Part shown: positions 33,001 to 46,176 of the stretch, piece by piece
Position numbering within the stretch: the first letter of the stretch is position 1
How the letters are laid out: the number at the start of each line of letters is the position of its first letter
Source: Klebsormidium nitens
Taxonomy: Eukaryota > Plantae > Klebsormidiophyceae
Reading direction: 5' to 3'
DNA: 64,000 bases
Assembly: GCA_000708835.1 (NCBI GenBank)
Contig: DF236967.1
Location: forward strand, 335,015-399,014
Notes under the pieces: model-generated
What the model was told of the DNA's origin: nothing
The model's database searches: none
Seen by the model: the letters and a program-made list of their open reading frames with translations, nothing else
Position numbers and translations under genes: made by a program

Positions 33001-36000
33001 TGAGTCGCCCGCATTGGCCCGGCCAGGGGGTCTGCCTCGGCCGCCGCCGCACTGCCGTCCATTACCCCTCCGGCTCCGTCTAAACCCCCGGCGGTGAGAT
33101 TCACGGAGACTTTCTCCGCTTCAACGGCAACCGCGCCCGGGTAGCTGTTCACCTCGAACGTGCTTGCAGACAGAAGCAGCATCTGCTCTTCTTCGTACGG
33201 GTCCGGCGTCGCGAGGAGGGCTAACTCCAGGTCGTGGAAGACGACCTTTTGGTGGCCGTGCACGTAGTAGCGCATCAGGTCCCACCACGGCAGGCTGCGC
33301 TCCTTCGGTATCGCCGATGTGCCCTGCAGCCCGACGATTGGCACGCTGCCACCTGTCAGCAGCTCGATGCACCCCAGCCCACCGGCCGCGTCCTGCTGCG
33401 GAAAGGGGACACTGCTCATTGCCAAGTCGCGGACGGACTCGACCGGTGTGGGGGCAAGAGTGTCCACCTGGGACGCCCGAGGCGTTCCCGCGGCACTCGT
33501 TTTAGGAGTCGGGTTGGCGCTTGCAACGATGACGTCGGCGCCCGGGCTGGGCGCCTTCTTGATCGCGGTCGTGAACGCGTAGCTGATGTCTGCATACGCG
33601 GGCTCAAAGCCGGTGCCGACACCGATCTCGGCGGCGACCAGGTCGACTGAAAGGTTGGTGTACAGCTTGAGGGGGGGCGTGCATCCGCTTGCGGACCGCA
33701 GCATGCGGACAATCTGCCAGCGCCCGACGGGAAGCTCCTGCCAGACCAGGGGCGGGACCACAGTCGCCTGCCGCAGGGATGAAAACAACCGTCAGTGGTG
33801 ACTCCTTCGATGACGTGAAGTCCACAGCAGGATGCAGTGAAGAGAGACATTTTGCGCACAATTTTCCAACCAGCCGTACATCGAGGAAGATAGGAGGGAA
33901 TTCCCACCGACCGCTCTGTTTCCAGTTCTCAGGAACCGAACCAGTCTTAGGCTGAGCTTGTTCAAGCTTTCGTTCGGATTCGATGCGGGTATCTGCAATC
34001 GAGCTGATGTTAATACACGGACTGAGGCCAAAGGAAGAATCCATGGCAAAGACCAGCCCTGCCTGACCTGCTGTGCCATGATCATGTCCCCCTCCGCCGT
34101 GCCGCTTACGGCCGCCAGCAGCGGCACGCTGAAGTCCCGCAGCTGCAGTCGCAGCCCCGCCGCCTCCCACGTGGTATGCCGCCCGTAGAAACGGCTGAAC
34201 GGCACTCCCCGGCCGGGCCGTATGGAATCCATCTCGCGCACCCGCTGCGTCAACCCCTCGGTGCCGTTTGCAATTTCGGTGAGGACCACGTCCAGGCTCG
34301 TGCACGAGACAGCAATGAGGCTTTCCCGCTCTTTGCTGACGCGGACGGTGCACTGCCCCCCTGGGCCGGGGGCTTTCTCAGTGGCGCCATCGATTTGAAG
34401 CCGCCAGGAGCATTCCTCTTTGTAGGCACGGCTGGCCTGACGCATCACGCGCTCCCAGGCTTCTCGAGCCTGCAACACAGCGGCGATGACGCTTCATAAT
34501 CTTGAGTGCTTCGTCCGTAACCTCAAGTCAGCGGGTCGCACGACTGGCGTGGCGATGAGATGAAGTCCCCATATCTCTGAGATCGGAAATGTTCGAAGTT
34601 TAAGACGAGTCGGGTTTGAGCAGAAAGCAACTATCCAGAAGAAAGAGACTTGGATTGCCACCTCAAAGAAAAGAGTACACTTCAGACGCTTTGTTTGCTT
34701 GCCCAGCCATTCGGCCCACTTACCAGAGCCGGGTTCAGCAGATCCGGCCCATCCGCCCCCTTCTCCGCCGGTGCTTGCGTCGGTACCGCGATGAACGACC
34801 GCGCCTCCTGCATCAGCTCCTTGGCGGCCGCCTCCCCAACCTTCTCCGCCAGCAGTTTCTCGCGCACCATCGCTTCCCGTACCTGCTTCGCCAGCATCCG
34901 GTAATGGAGATCCAGCCACGACTGAAACGGCTCGTCCTCGATATCGGCACGGAAATCTCGCATCGCCAGCGTTACCTTCCCCACCGCTTTCCGTTTCTTC
35001 TTCTTCTTCGGCTCCGAGCTGACTTTCTCAAACCACGCGTGCCCCTCCTTCATCGCGAGCAATATGTACTTGAGCGCGCGCGCCGTGTCCTCCCCTGCGT
35101 CCTCCGCCTCGCGCAGCGCCATCCGGAAGGGCATCGTCAACCGAGTCCCGTTCCCCTGCACGAGCACGTCCCACGCCGCTCGGACGCTCTCCGCTTCCGG
35201 CCGGACACCTTCCCTTTCCGTTCGGACGCCTTCCGTTCCCACTTGGACGCTTTCCGTTCCGGTTCCGACGCCCTCCCCGTCCGGCTGAGCGGGGTGCCGC
35301 GAGACCTGTAAGCTGTTGCTGCTAAGAATGACGGCATCATTCAGCCCCGCCTGCAAACCCTCTAGCAGCACCCCGATCGACGCGTCTTCTGAAAACACCG
35401 ACTGCGCGCGCAGGAACGCCTGCCAACCGAGCCCGATGTCCGCCCCAACGTTAAGCATCTCCAAATCCAAGGACACCACGAGTGGCCTCAGAGGAGCTGC
35501 AGCCGGGCTCGCCGCGCCGGGAGACGCTTCTCTCATGCCCGCCTTCGAATCACCTTTCGCGCTCTCCAATTCCTGGTCGATGACGCTTTCCTTCTGCCCG
35601 CTCTCGGCACCGTTTGCTTGCCCCCCCGAGTTGCTTTCCGCCTCTACTCCATTCGCTTTCGCTGCATCGGCCCCCAGCCCCGCCCCGTGATCCCCTGTCG
35701 CCCGCTTCGCCCGCTTGCGGTGCTCTTTTCGCCGGTCGAGCACCTGCTTCACATCCTGCCCCACCGCATGTAGGAACAGGTGCGCATCCGCTTCCCAAGC
35801 GACGTCGACCCCGCACGCCGCTACACACACGCTTGCCGGCTTCCCCTCTTGCTTGACTCCTTTGCTATAGACAGCGCTCGCAGTCTGCACCCCGCAGAGC
35901 GTGACAGTCCGGTCCGACTTGGGGTCCAAGGTTCCCACCCCGGACGATATCCGACTAGACTGCTGCGAAGAACTCGCCGATCGGCTTCCTTCCTGCACTT

Positions 36001-39000
36001 TTGCCCCGCTGCGCATCCCAGACTGGTCGAACGAGCTTCTGCGACTTGCCGTCCGAATGTCGAGCGGCAGCCCCTCTTCCCGATAGTCCAGATGACACCG
36101 CTCGAGCTTCGTACTCACCACTCCGCTCTGCACAATCACACTCACTTTGCCCAGTGCCAGCACGGCACTGCAGGGCAGAGGTGGGGCCTTCGGACCTGCC
36201 GGGCTGGTTCGGAAAGCACCTTCCGACTTGAACAACGACTCTCCGTTCGACTGGGATTCGCTATCTAAGACCTGCTCTATATGTACAGGAACGATTTGGG
36301 CCAGGTCAGGTCGCCCATCGCTCTTCGGATTGCCCTCGACTGTCACGACTCTGAATTCCATGACTCTATCGATCTCTAAGGCAAACGCCTCCATGCTGAA
36401 CCGCACCTGCTCCACAGCCGCTCGCTTCTTGCGCTTCGGCTGGCTCTTCTTGGCTGACGAGTCTTTGCTAGGGTCCTTCGCAAACTTCCCCTTGAGGTAC
36501 GCCAAAAGCGCGTCGCTCTCCTTGACCAGAGCGCGGATCTGCTGCATATCCAAAAACAGGCCACCGCCCACGATTTCGATCTGCACCGCCCGCACGTCGC
36601 CCGTTGCAGAAGCGCTTGCCGGATCCTCGGCTTCCAACCCCTGCGAACCCCACTGCACCTCCAAGTGCCTAAGCCGAAGCAGCTTTGCGAAATGGGTCTC
36701 GGGGGCGCTCGAGAGGAGGAGCGGGTCAGACGAGAGCCGTTTGATGGAGCGCCCGATGGCCTCCGGCTCCACGAAGTGGAAGAGAAGCTCGTCGAACTCG
36801 CAATTTGCCTCCAGGACCTGGGGCCCAGACGCTGCAATCCAGGTGTGTGCCGAGTGCGCGGTGACCTGTAGAGAAACTTGTGACGGATTTGATTCCAACA
36901 GGTCATTATGTCTTTTCGAGAGGTCGGTGCATACAGTGACCAAAGAAATGGCCTCAGCAGATGGCAACAGTCGAGGGGGAGATATATAGGGGGCTTTTGA
37001 CCCGAGAAGACACTTGACAGTCGACGGCTTCTCGAGTACGCACCTCTTGTGGCTTTAAGATAGAAGCTAGGCACGAAATGCACCCTATTGAAGACCTGAG
37101 ACAAGACGAACTTAAAAAGCACTGTGCCCCCCGAGCTGATGCGTTCAGAAGGTTTGTCAAAGATCCATAAACCAACTTCAAACAAAGCCACCTTACCTTT
37201 AATACTTCGACTTCGAATGGACCATAGAGAACGAGAACAGCATCTGGGGCCGAAACGGCCACGTCCCACAAAAGCTTGCTCGACTTTCGCTTCTTCGCTC
37301 CCGCTGCAGCCGGCTCTCCGGACCCCAGTTCTCCAGCCCCGCTTTCTGCCCCCACCGCCCCCTGTCCTCCCGGACTCCTAACACTTTTGCCCACCGCCGA
37401 CCGGTGCGCCTTCCTGCTCTGAAGAAACTTAACCGCGCCAAGTGCAATCGTCAGCCACGGGTCAAGGTTTGGTGACACGTTGCACGTTGCCCCCCCGACT
37501 TTGACATCTACTGCGGCCCTGAGCGGCTCCCCTTGGCTGGAAGGGACTTGGATAGACGCGTGTACCACGCTGCGAACAACATCGACCAGCGCCATGTCCG
37601 TGCCACGGAGAAGCTGCACAAACAGCGTGCACGCAGTCAGGACGACGAAAGTCGAACAAACCAACCATTATAAAAGCGCATTACCATCAAAGGTCTGTTG
37701 GGCTGAATTTCTAATTTCGCGAGACATTTAGCGAGATAACTTGTGCACGTGCTCAGCTGTGCTTCCAATCTGGTGTAAGGGGCAAAGATATCTCAAAGAT
37801 CTCGAGACGTACCTCAAAAGCGCCGCATTGACACTGCACGTCAAGCAGCCCCGAAGATCCCGCCTGATGATCGGCCTGCGTCCCCTTAGCTTCCACTTGC
37901 AGACCCGTGAATCCGCTCAGCAGGACATGCTCCAGGCTTGCATGAGCCCAGGAGACTTTCAGGCAGGGCAGCTGGAAAGTCACTTGATCTGGCAGCCGGA
38001 AGCCGCGTTTACTGTCGTTGAGAGCATCCCCATCGTGACTTGGACCATCACTGGGTTGCAAGAGGTCGTTCAGAGCGCTAGCTGCCTGTGCTGCAGCTGC
38101 ACCGTCTACAGAAGCAGCTAACGGAGATCTCCCTTGTAGATCAACATTCTTGGCAGCCTGGTGCACCTCTTCTTCTAGAAGGTTCCACGGAGCGGAGGGA
38201 TCGAGGGTGGTAGAGCCCGCGGCCGATTGCTGGCTTTCGATGGACTCCGACCTGGCCGGTGTGGCGCTCTCAACGGTCCCCTCTAGATGAAGCCAGGCAA
38301 GCTGCTCGTTTAGATTGACTGCCATTTCGCCGCAAGCAACCCCTGCCTGCATTACGCAGATTCCATGCGCCTTCTCGAAACCCACGGCTAGGTCAATCAC
38401 CATGCTCTCCAAGGTCACTACAGGTACGCAGACCTCTGTCTTCTTCGAGCCAGACAGAAGAGAGAGGAGGCTGTGCAAGCGGGTACTCTGCTCCTCTGCG
38501 GTTCTGCATATCAGCAGGTGCCAGGGAAGGCACTCCAGCCGCAGGTTCAGGCGGTTCGTGGCATGTCTCTGACAGTCCAGGTCCAAAAAGTTCATATGCA
38601 GAGAGACATTATCCACCTGCACAAAAGTGAGTTCAGGGACATCTGAAACACGGTGCCTGACAACAAACTTCACATTTTCCCGCAGAAGTGATGATTGTGT
38701 ACAAAGATTCAGAATAACAAGCAGAAGGCTCTTTGGGATCATTCAGGGATTTCAAACTTCATCTCAAGTGATCAAGTACAATCTCGACAACCTCCATTTA
38801 CTGAAAGCCATCTGTTTAACCAAAAAGTTTCTTTGAAGAAGAAGCACAGTCGATATGAAGCGGCCAATGTGGAACTCTCAATGCCAGGGAAGCCAATGCT
38901 CTTACCTTTGTTGAAGTGAAGATCACGTCCGTCATGGAGACATGTAGAAGACCGACAACTCTTGAAAGAAACCACCAAACACCAGTCCCCGAATGCTGCC

Positions 39001-39843
39001 CGCGTGCTTCAGAAGGCCTCCTTGGTTTCTTCTTGGCCTTCTTCCTTGTCGATTTCACGGTGGGTCTCAGTAGTACCTCCACATCTTTGACAGCAATGTG
39101 CAGTTTCAGAGCCCCACTTCTTCGTAGAACAGGACTCAGGGAATCCCTCACACTGCAGGACATCTCGCCGACTGTCACCGATGCGATGGGGCCCTGCAAC
39201 CAAGTGTGAAAGAGTGCAAATGAGTATATGTTGACAGCTATTGATTGAAGCGACCATCAACTAATTGTATTCTGAGTTGTTAACATCTATGCACTCAGTA
39301 TGCTGGTCCTATGAGAATACAACTTCCCCACACACAGATGACTCACATAAATGGTCCAGACCAAGACTCGCTGTTCAGCTGACAATGCATGCAACTTTGC
39401 TTTCTCTCAAGCAGTTCTTAGCTGAGAATGCTGACCACCTTGTCCTCTGCCCTTCCAACCCACCTTCTTGAAGGTAATTGACAAGTCCTTCAACCTGATT
39501 GGACTGATTATCCTGAAGTGCACCATGTTGCCCGTCACTTGGCTGATGAGGAGCGCAAGAGCCTTGGCTGTGAAGCTGCAGAAATAAAACAATCCAGCTT
39601 TTAAGGAGGTGCATTCAACAACGAACAACTCAATGCAATAGGTTACTGCTGTTGAAACCCTAATTCACGCAATCCTCCGCTCGCTTGGATCAAACCAAGA
39701 GATGTCCAGGCACTTTTCCTGCATTGCACCCGCTGCAGCACAAACTCTCATCTCCTTGCAGCTAAGCAGGAAGCTCACTTGAAGAGCAGCCATCCCCCCA
39801 GCGCCAGTATGAGAAAAGCAGCAAAGCTCGCTCCTAGATCCAT
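24095..39843 (-). CDS. SABRE: SABRE/KIP (BLTP2/FMP27/Hobbit family) bridge-like lipid transfer protein, many exons
   Basis: The start exon 39843-39779 reads MDLGASFAAFLILALGGWLLF (membrane anchor), followed by ...LLISQVTGNMVHFRII...KKGPIASVTVGEM. Further matches: SLPWWDLMRYYVHG, RCPRFGVPRGKRSGNLGLDKVLTELMLK, DEPFQSWLDLHYR, FMINVTQPQFNLHS, EEEADEVVPEGIEEVELAR, GEPFAEAEINNM, HFQVDIHPLRIHLTE, FTGDWRRLFYKVKKHIIWGVLKSVAG and GLFNAQRRKAK. The last exon is 24261-24095. Confidence 0.96.
29625..29714. repeat. 45-bp x2 intronic tandem duplication (SABRE intron)
   Basis: tgtgacgtacaggtggaaggttcttccaaccaggaat(c/t)gccaagg at 29625 and 29670; the copies differ by one CpG/TpG change. Confidence 0.9.
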
Positions 39844-40843
39844 CTTGTTCCAGCTCCTTCACCTCCAGGGAGAATGGAGCGCTGACCCTGCGCTCTTCAG
39901 CTGCTTCCTCAGGCTCAGGCCTTTGTGTTAGTCTTTTCAATGCCTTGCAATGAGTCCTCCCCTGCAATCCGCCATGATCGGACAAACAGCCCTCTATTAC
40001 AGATTGTAAGTGCGCTCACTCTAGTTTTCGGGGTCACTCTCAACAAACTTCAAAGTTGGGAAACTTACATACGCTGAATGCAGACTCACATTGCATGTCA
40101 TCGAGGGAGAGTCTCTAGTCCTCCAAGCTCGAGATCTGATTGGATGCGGAGATAGAGCATTTGTGATACTTCTGATTTATCTGTCGCAATATTTCCCCGG
40201 ACTCATACCTACTATTTATAGGAATCAGAAACCTTAACCCAACGTTATTCGAAGTTTGGGGCCGAACCTGTACCTGTACCCTAACCCACCAGGGCGTTGA
40301 CCTAACCTGCCTAGAGTCCATGCGCCGAAACGTAGATTGAACTCAAACTCAAACTCATCGACACGTATACATAAGCCGGTAACTTTCGGCTTCATAAGCT
40401 ATACACACGACCTGCATTTGCTAGGGTTGTCCCGCACTCAGTGCCAGTGCCACTGCAGGCTCAGCCGCAGCAGCAGGACATTCATGAAGAATGGTTCTCC
40501 TGATTCTGACTTGAAGTTGAAGATCCGCCATTCACAACGTCAATGTCAACAGGCCTGCATTACATACAGCTCTGCATTCTGTTTAAGATGCTATTTGGAG
40601 CTGGACGGAGAGCTTTTTGTGTGGGTGATTGCTTGATATGCGAGCAAGAAGAAGTATCAGGCCGTCAATGCCCAGGCCAGTGTTAAGTGTTTTACTGTAG
40701 TGTCAGGTCTTTAATTTGAGGAACAGGAACTCAGTTCCTGCAGCACGCAACTTCGATCCTTTGCATAGATTGATTTTCCATTCCTCTGTCACATTGGCTG
40801 GCACTCCGTCAAGCAAGCTGCTTGTTGGATCAAGCCAGGCAGC

Positions 40844-43800
40844 ATGGCAGTGTCAAGCAGGGCAGTCATCGCCCAGCTTGAGCACCGCAGCTTCTCCTCC
40901 AGCTGCTGCAGGAGGGATCCTTCCGATGTTTTGCTCGCTAACTTTCCAGCTAAACCTGTGCATTTACCAAGTGGTGGGGCTCTCTCAAAAGATAGACGCC
41001 GAGGCCACTCAGAAGTGCACAAGCAGAAACTGTTCTGTGTTGCACGTCTTATCAACAATCAGACTCGTAGGAGGGGATGTGGTACCGCATCCTTGCAGAA
41101 TGGATTACCGGCTGATGAATGGCACAGATCATCACCAGAGAATGCCCTGGGGCCATCTATAGCGTCTCAGCGAAGGGGCCAGTCGGATGTGCGCACATTG
41201 GCAGCAGGTGAAGCTGCATCCATAGAAGAGGCCCAGCTGGATGAGGTACGCAACTGTCACATGGAAGTTTTTCTCGCTAACTGACAATATCATAGCTCAT
41301 TCTGAGGTTGCTGTCAGCAACTGGGCCGCATAAGACATGTGATTGCAGACAGACGTTCTTGTTCCGTTTAGTCTTAGATGCTTATAGGCAATGCTAATGA
41401 ACGCCACCACCGTCAATCAACATCGCATTCTGAGATTCGGTGTTGGCCCCCCTTGCAGGCAGCTTTGAAGGTTCAGGAAGGGAAGCGGCAAATTGGCCTC
41501 GCACTTCCAATCTTTGGAACTCAGATGGTTCAGCTTCTCTTAGTACTGTCCTCCTCTGTGTTTGTTGGTCGTCTTGGCGAATTTCAGGTGAGTGCCTGCA
41601 CAACTTGCTTGTGCAGAGTCGATTGAGATCCTACGGTGTCCCTTTGTCTGTCTGCCTCCAGTGTGGTGCCTCAGATCTACCTTCCATCCATTGTTTGTTT
41701 TACCATTGACCAGAGTGACAACAAGGAACTCATCAGCTGAAAACATTGGCCGAAATGTCGCGCCAGCATGACTGTTGAAGTGGAGATTACTCATGCCAGG
41801 TAATCAGTAGTTCGCTGACATGGCCCTAAGTGATTATGCCTCATGATCTTTGTGTTTTTTATTCTGATTGGACTGAGTGGCCTGCAGCTGGCGGTGGCGC
41901 AATTGGGAGTATCCCTGGGGAATGCGACCGGTCACTATGTGGTCGTAAGCCCAGAGTCTTTACTTCTTCTTCTCCTGCTGATGACTCCATGCTTTTGCAA
42001 TGATGGCTACCTGGATCCATTCACAATCTACTCCAATCTTAGCTGGAATGTCCAAGGGCCTTCCGGATATACTTCGATGAGCTTGTTCTCCTATTCATTG
42101 CTGTGCGACCATGCGTTCCTGTCGTTGGATATGACTTGGACAAGCAGTGCTAAGGAACGAAGTCTCTTTGACAGCACCATGGCTTGGCCTCCAACACCTG
42201 AAACAGCCAGACTCAACGTTAGTCACCGCAGGAACAATGGAGCCCAGCCCTGAGAGTTTCAGACGGTGATCTTCCCTCACATCTGTGCAGAACGGCCTGG
42301 CGCTCGGACTTGAGACCCTGTGCGGCCAGAGCTACGGCGGGAGCGAACTGATGGAAGTCGGGCGGACGGTGCAGTGCGCCCTGGTGGTGCAATTCGTGCT
42401 GGCGGGTGTGGTTAGCTGCTTGTGGCTCAATTCCGAGCCGCTATTGCTGGCGCTCAATCAGGAACCTGCTTTGGCGGCAGGAGCTGCCAAGTACCTCAAG
42501 TACCTGATACCAGGCCTGATGGCGAACGCGTGCCTGCAACCACTGTGCAAGTACCTGCAGTCCCTAGAGAAGCCACGGCCGTTCGCGGTCTGCTCGGCGC
42601 TTGCTCTAGCGTTGCACGTGCCGACAAACTGGTGAGCTCGTCTTTGCTCGAGTGACTGCCGAAACAGGAAGGGAAATGTCTAACAGTGTAGAGTTTTATC
42701 CCTTCAGCATCGTTTGTTGAAGACCATGGTTCTGTCCTTACTTGATTCTCTGCGAATCCAAAATGTCGTAAATTCCCTTCATGCAGCGTGTCTCGTCTCC
42801 CTTCATGCAGCGTGTCTCGTTTCTTTGCAGGCTTCTCATACACAAATGGGGTCTCGGGCTAGAGGGAGCAGGTAAGTTCAAACTCGTTCTTTGGAAGGTA
42901 TCCCGCTTCTCAGTTTGTGAGATGTCGAGGCAGAGAATGTAAGCAATCAAACGGGTCAAGCTTGCAATCCTGCTGCGTGACAGCAAGTCGTTGTTGAGCT
43001 GCCTTACTGTTGAATTACGGATTGTTTGATGATAATCGTCGGTTGTGATGTTTTCAAAAGGACCTGTTATTGTGACCCCACGTTTTAGATGTGTAGCAGT
43101 AAACGGACTAAATTCGACTTGAACATTAATTTATGGCTGTTCCGGGAACCGCGAATCACAATCTCCGTGCTGCAAAGGTCGCTTCCGTGAAGTTATGACC
43201 TTAAAAGGATCAAGACGCGCCCATTAGTTCAACGTAGCATGTAAAGCGATCGAAGCGACTTAAAACAGATCGAGCATCAACTGTAAGATGTCATAGAATA
43301 TAGTACTAGTACTCTTAAGGACAAAGTCTTCACTTTTAAACAGGCCGTGCTGATCTCTGTCAACCGTGCTCCCTCTCGCAGCCATGGCCACATCCATAGC
43401 GTACATCGTCAATCTGGTGCTGCTAGCGGGCTACACCGTCTTTTCTGGAGTCTACAAGTCAAGCTGGCCCAAGTGGTCTCTAAGCAGCCTCAAAAAGACA
43501 GGGCCCTTCCTCAAGCTCGCAGTCCCCTCCATGATTATGCTCTGGTGAGCGTCGAGCCGGCGTCTTTTTCAAACCCTCTATTGGCATGCTTTGCGATCTT
43601 CTAGAGAGGTCATTCTCCATGCCAGCACGTCTTCAGATGCTGACTGTCCGTCCAATACTGGAACTGAAACGATAGATCCTGTCGTGCGTGTGGAGGCATG
43701 AACATGCTCGAGATCGCGTCACCTTGCGGCACCTTGATCTCCACGCTTAATTCTTGACAGACTTCCCGCATACACTCTGCTTACTTGGTCAGATCCCGTC

Positions 43801-46176
43801 TTCTGCGTGGCCTAAGCAGCCGACGACGCCTCAGAAGAAGCATCGCTGAGGTACGACTTTCTTTGTTTGCAGCTTGGAGTACCTAACATACGACATTCTG
43901 ATCATCTGGTGCGGATGGCTCCCAAACCCGACCCGGACCGTTGCAGCCTTCTCCGTAGCGTGAGTTGCCAGATCTCTCGTCTCGCTGAGCCATTTACCTA
44001 CGTCCCTTGATCTGCTGGCAGGTAAGAGGCGACTAGGAGGAGAAAACAAGGTCGATAGAAGCAAAGACGATTCTGGTCGTTATGCTTTGTGAGTGTACTT
44101 CGAGAGTATTTAGCTGCGTTGTCCGGATGCTTGTGGCCTGCAACTCGCTTGGCTCCAACAAAAGTCTTCTACATAATGCTTGAAGCCTAGGCTCAGCCTG
44201 TGGTTGGATACCACGTGTTTTCGGCACACTCTCAGTCAAAGCTTGTACCTTATTGCAGATTGAACACAGCCTGGCTCTTCGCCACCCTCTACATCGGTCT
44301 CAGCAGTGCCCTCAGGTGAGTTGTCCACTTTGATCTGTAACCACTCTATATCATTCCAACAGTATCTTGACCGGACGGATTCGAGTCGGGAATAGCAGGT
44401 CTCCTGTTGCTGCCTCGATCAGATTTAACGCCCGGAATCGCGAAACTCGGTCCTCTGATGCTTGATCCTGTTGAAAATGGGCCGTTTCCCTCCGTCTCGA
44501 CGGCTGTCATGCCACGAGACACCGGTTGCACTTTTCAATCGATACCTCGGCCGAGTCCTTCGACGAGCTTCGTGATATCTCTTGACCCTACCCCGTCACT
44601 ACGAGCCGACCCAAGCCGAATCTCCCGAATCTCACGAGGAAGTCCATCAGGGTTTAAAATTCACCAATTCTCGCTGCAGCACACGTGTCGCCACCGAATT
44701 GGGCGCCAAGGACGTGGAGGGCGCGAAGCGGGTGGCGCGCGTAGGGATGCCCCTCGCGGCCGGCTTCGGGCTGGGGTCCGGCCTGCTGCTCTTGGCCGTG
44801 CACCGCTGGTGGCCGCGCATCTTCATCGACCGCGCTGACGTCGCGCTCTTCAAGCTGACGTCACAGGTCATCGTCATGTACGCGTTCGTGTGCATCGAGG
44901 ACTGCCTCTCCTTCAACCTGGGAGGTGAGTTGCGGCTGATCTTACTGCGTGATCAGAAGAAACAAGGCTTGGAAGCCAGTTTATGCCTGGAGCATATCTT
45001 GAATCCGTTCCTTGCTCGTATTGCTCGATGGTTTCAACCTTCGATCGTCCGATCATTATTTCTGGTCCCGGTGCAAAGCGACCACTTGGCAGAATTGAGC
45101 CAACAGGGCCCCGCGACACAAGTCTCTCAAAAGGCAAGCCCGACGTTTCGGCAGACGCGTGTCATGTCCAAAGAACTTCTTGTTGGTGGAGGAGCTTTTG
45201 TCTCTGACAGAAGCTTCTACTCTTCCCTGCCAACTGATCAACGAGCGATCCGGTCTCCCCAGGGATCGTGCGTGGCTTGGGGCGGCAAGACACGGGCGCA
45301 GCCATCACGTTCTCCAGCTACTACGTGGTGGCCCTGCCGCTCGCCTGGTACTTCTGCTTCAAGCGCAACATGGGCGTCTTCGTGAGTGGCTCGCCTTTCT
45401 CTTTCTGCTCAATGAAACAAGTCCTCGGCAAGATGCATTTTCGGTGGTGTTTCCAGACTGAAATCAAGGAAAATCTGGTCAAGCCGTTGGTGTTGTGGTA
45501 AGGCCGTCCGCTAGCAGAAGCGACGAATGATGGCGACGGAGTGTGTACCCACCGGATCAAACCCTCCCCACATAGTTATGCGTGCTCCCCGGGCACTGTT
45601 CGCTCTGTGCCTTCCCTGACGACGCTTACCAAGGACTCAAAGCCCGCCGCTGCTTGGAAAGCGTTCTGATCTATATGATTGGCTTTGAAAGGTTGGGAAT
45701 CAGTAAGAAAGACTGGCAGTTTGCAAAGCCGCGGTTCATTTTCTGTCCAGGGCCTGTTGTCGGGAGTTGGCGTCGGGTTGCTATTCCAGGTCACCGCATT
45801 GGCAGCGGTGGTGCTCACGACTGACTGGCAGAAGATGGTGAGACGCATTGCCGCATGTGTTTCAACCGGATCAAACGTGACTTGCTTTAGTAATAATCCG
45901 TTTGGAATCTGCTGTATGTGCTTTCTCAGCAAGCTTTTTCTCTATTGCACACCTTATGAATGACTCTTGGTGCTCCCATTCGAGAAATTTTGTCGCGCTG
46001 GTGCGTCCTTAGCTTCTCACCAGCTTTTGATAGGGAGGTAGTCTGCAAGTCTTTGAAGGGAATCGTCTCATGTGGAGATGCACATTAACATCTCTGAGTT
46101 GCAGGCCGACTTGGCCAGTGCGGCTCAGGCGCTACCCGAGGCGGATTCATCACCCGGAACACTTCAAGGTGCATGA
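40844..46176 (+). CDS. MATE (DTX-type) multidrug and toxic compound extrusion transporter with a long N-terminal extension
   Basis: Exons from 40844-41245, 41459-41587, 41888-41944, 42291-42631 (GLALGLETLCGQSYGG...KYLIPGL...PLCKYLQS), 42831-42871 and 43382-43544 (PFLKLAVPSMIMLW). These are followed by LEYLTYDILIIWCGWLPNP, STRVATELGA, GIVRGLGRQDTGAAITFSSYYVVALPLA and GLLSGVGVGLLFQ...LTTDWQKM, with a final exon ending TGA at 46176. Confidence 0.93.
42774..42820. repeat. 24-bp x2 tandem duplication just upstream of a MATE splice acceptor
   Basis: tcccttcatgcagcgtgtctcgt at 42774 and 42798, followed by ttctttgcag acceptor at 42830. Confidence 0.85.

Noticed and set aside
25833-36989. Numerous plus-strand ORFs of 100-280 aa across the SABRE locus
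   Set aside because: They are antisense to SABRE exons; high GC suppresses stop codons.
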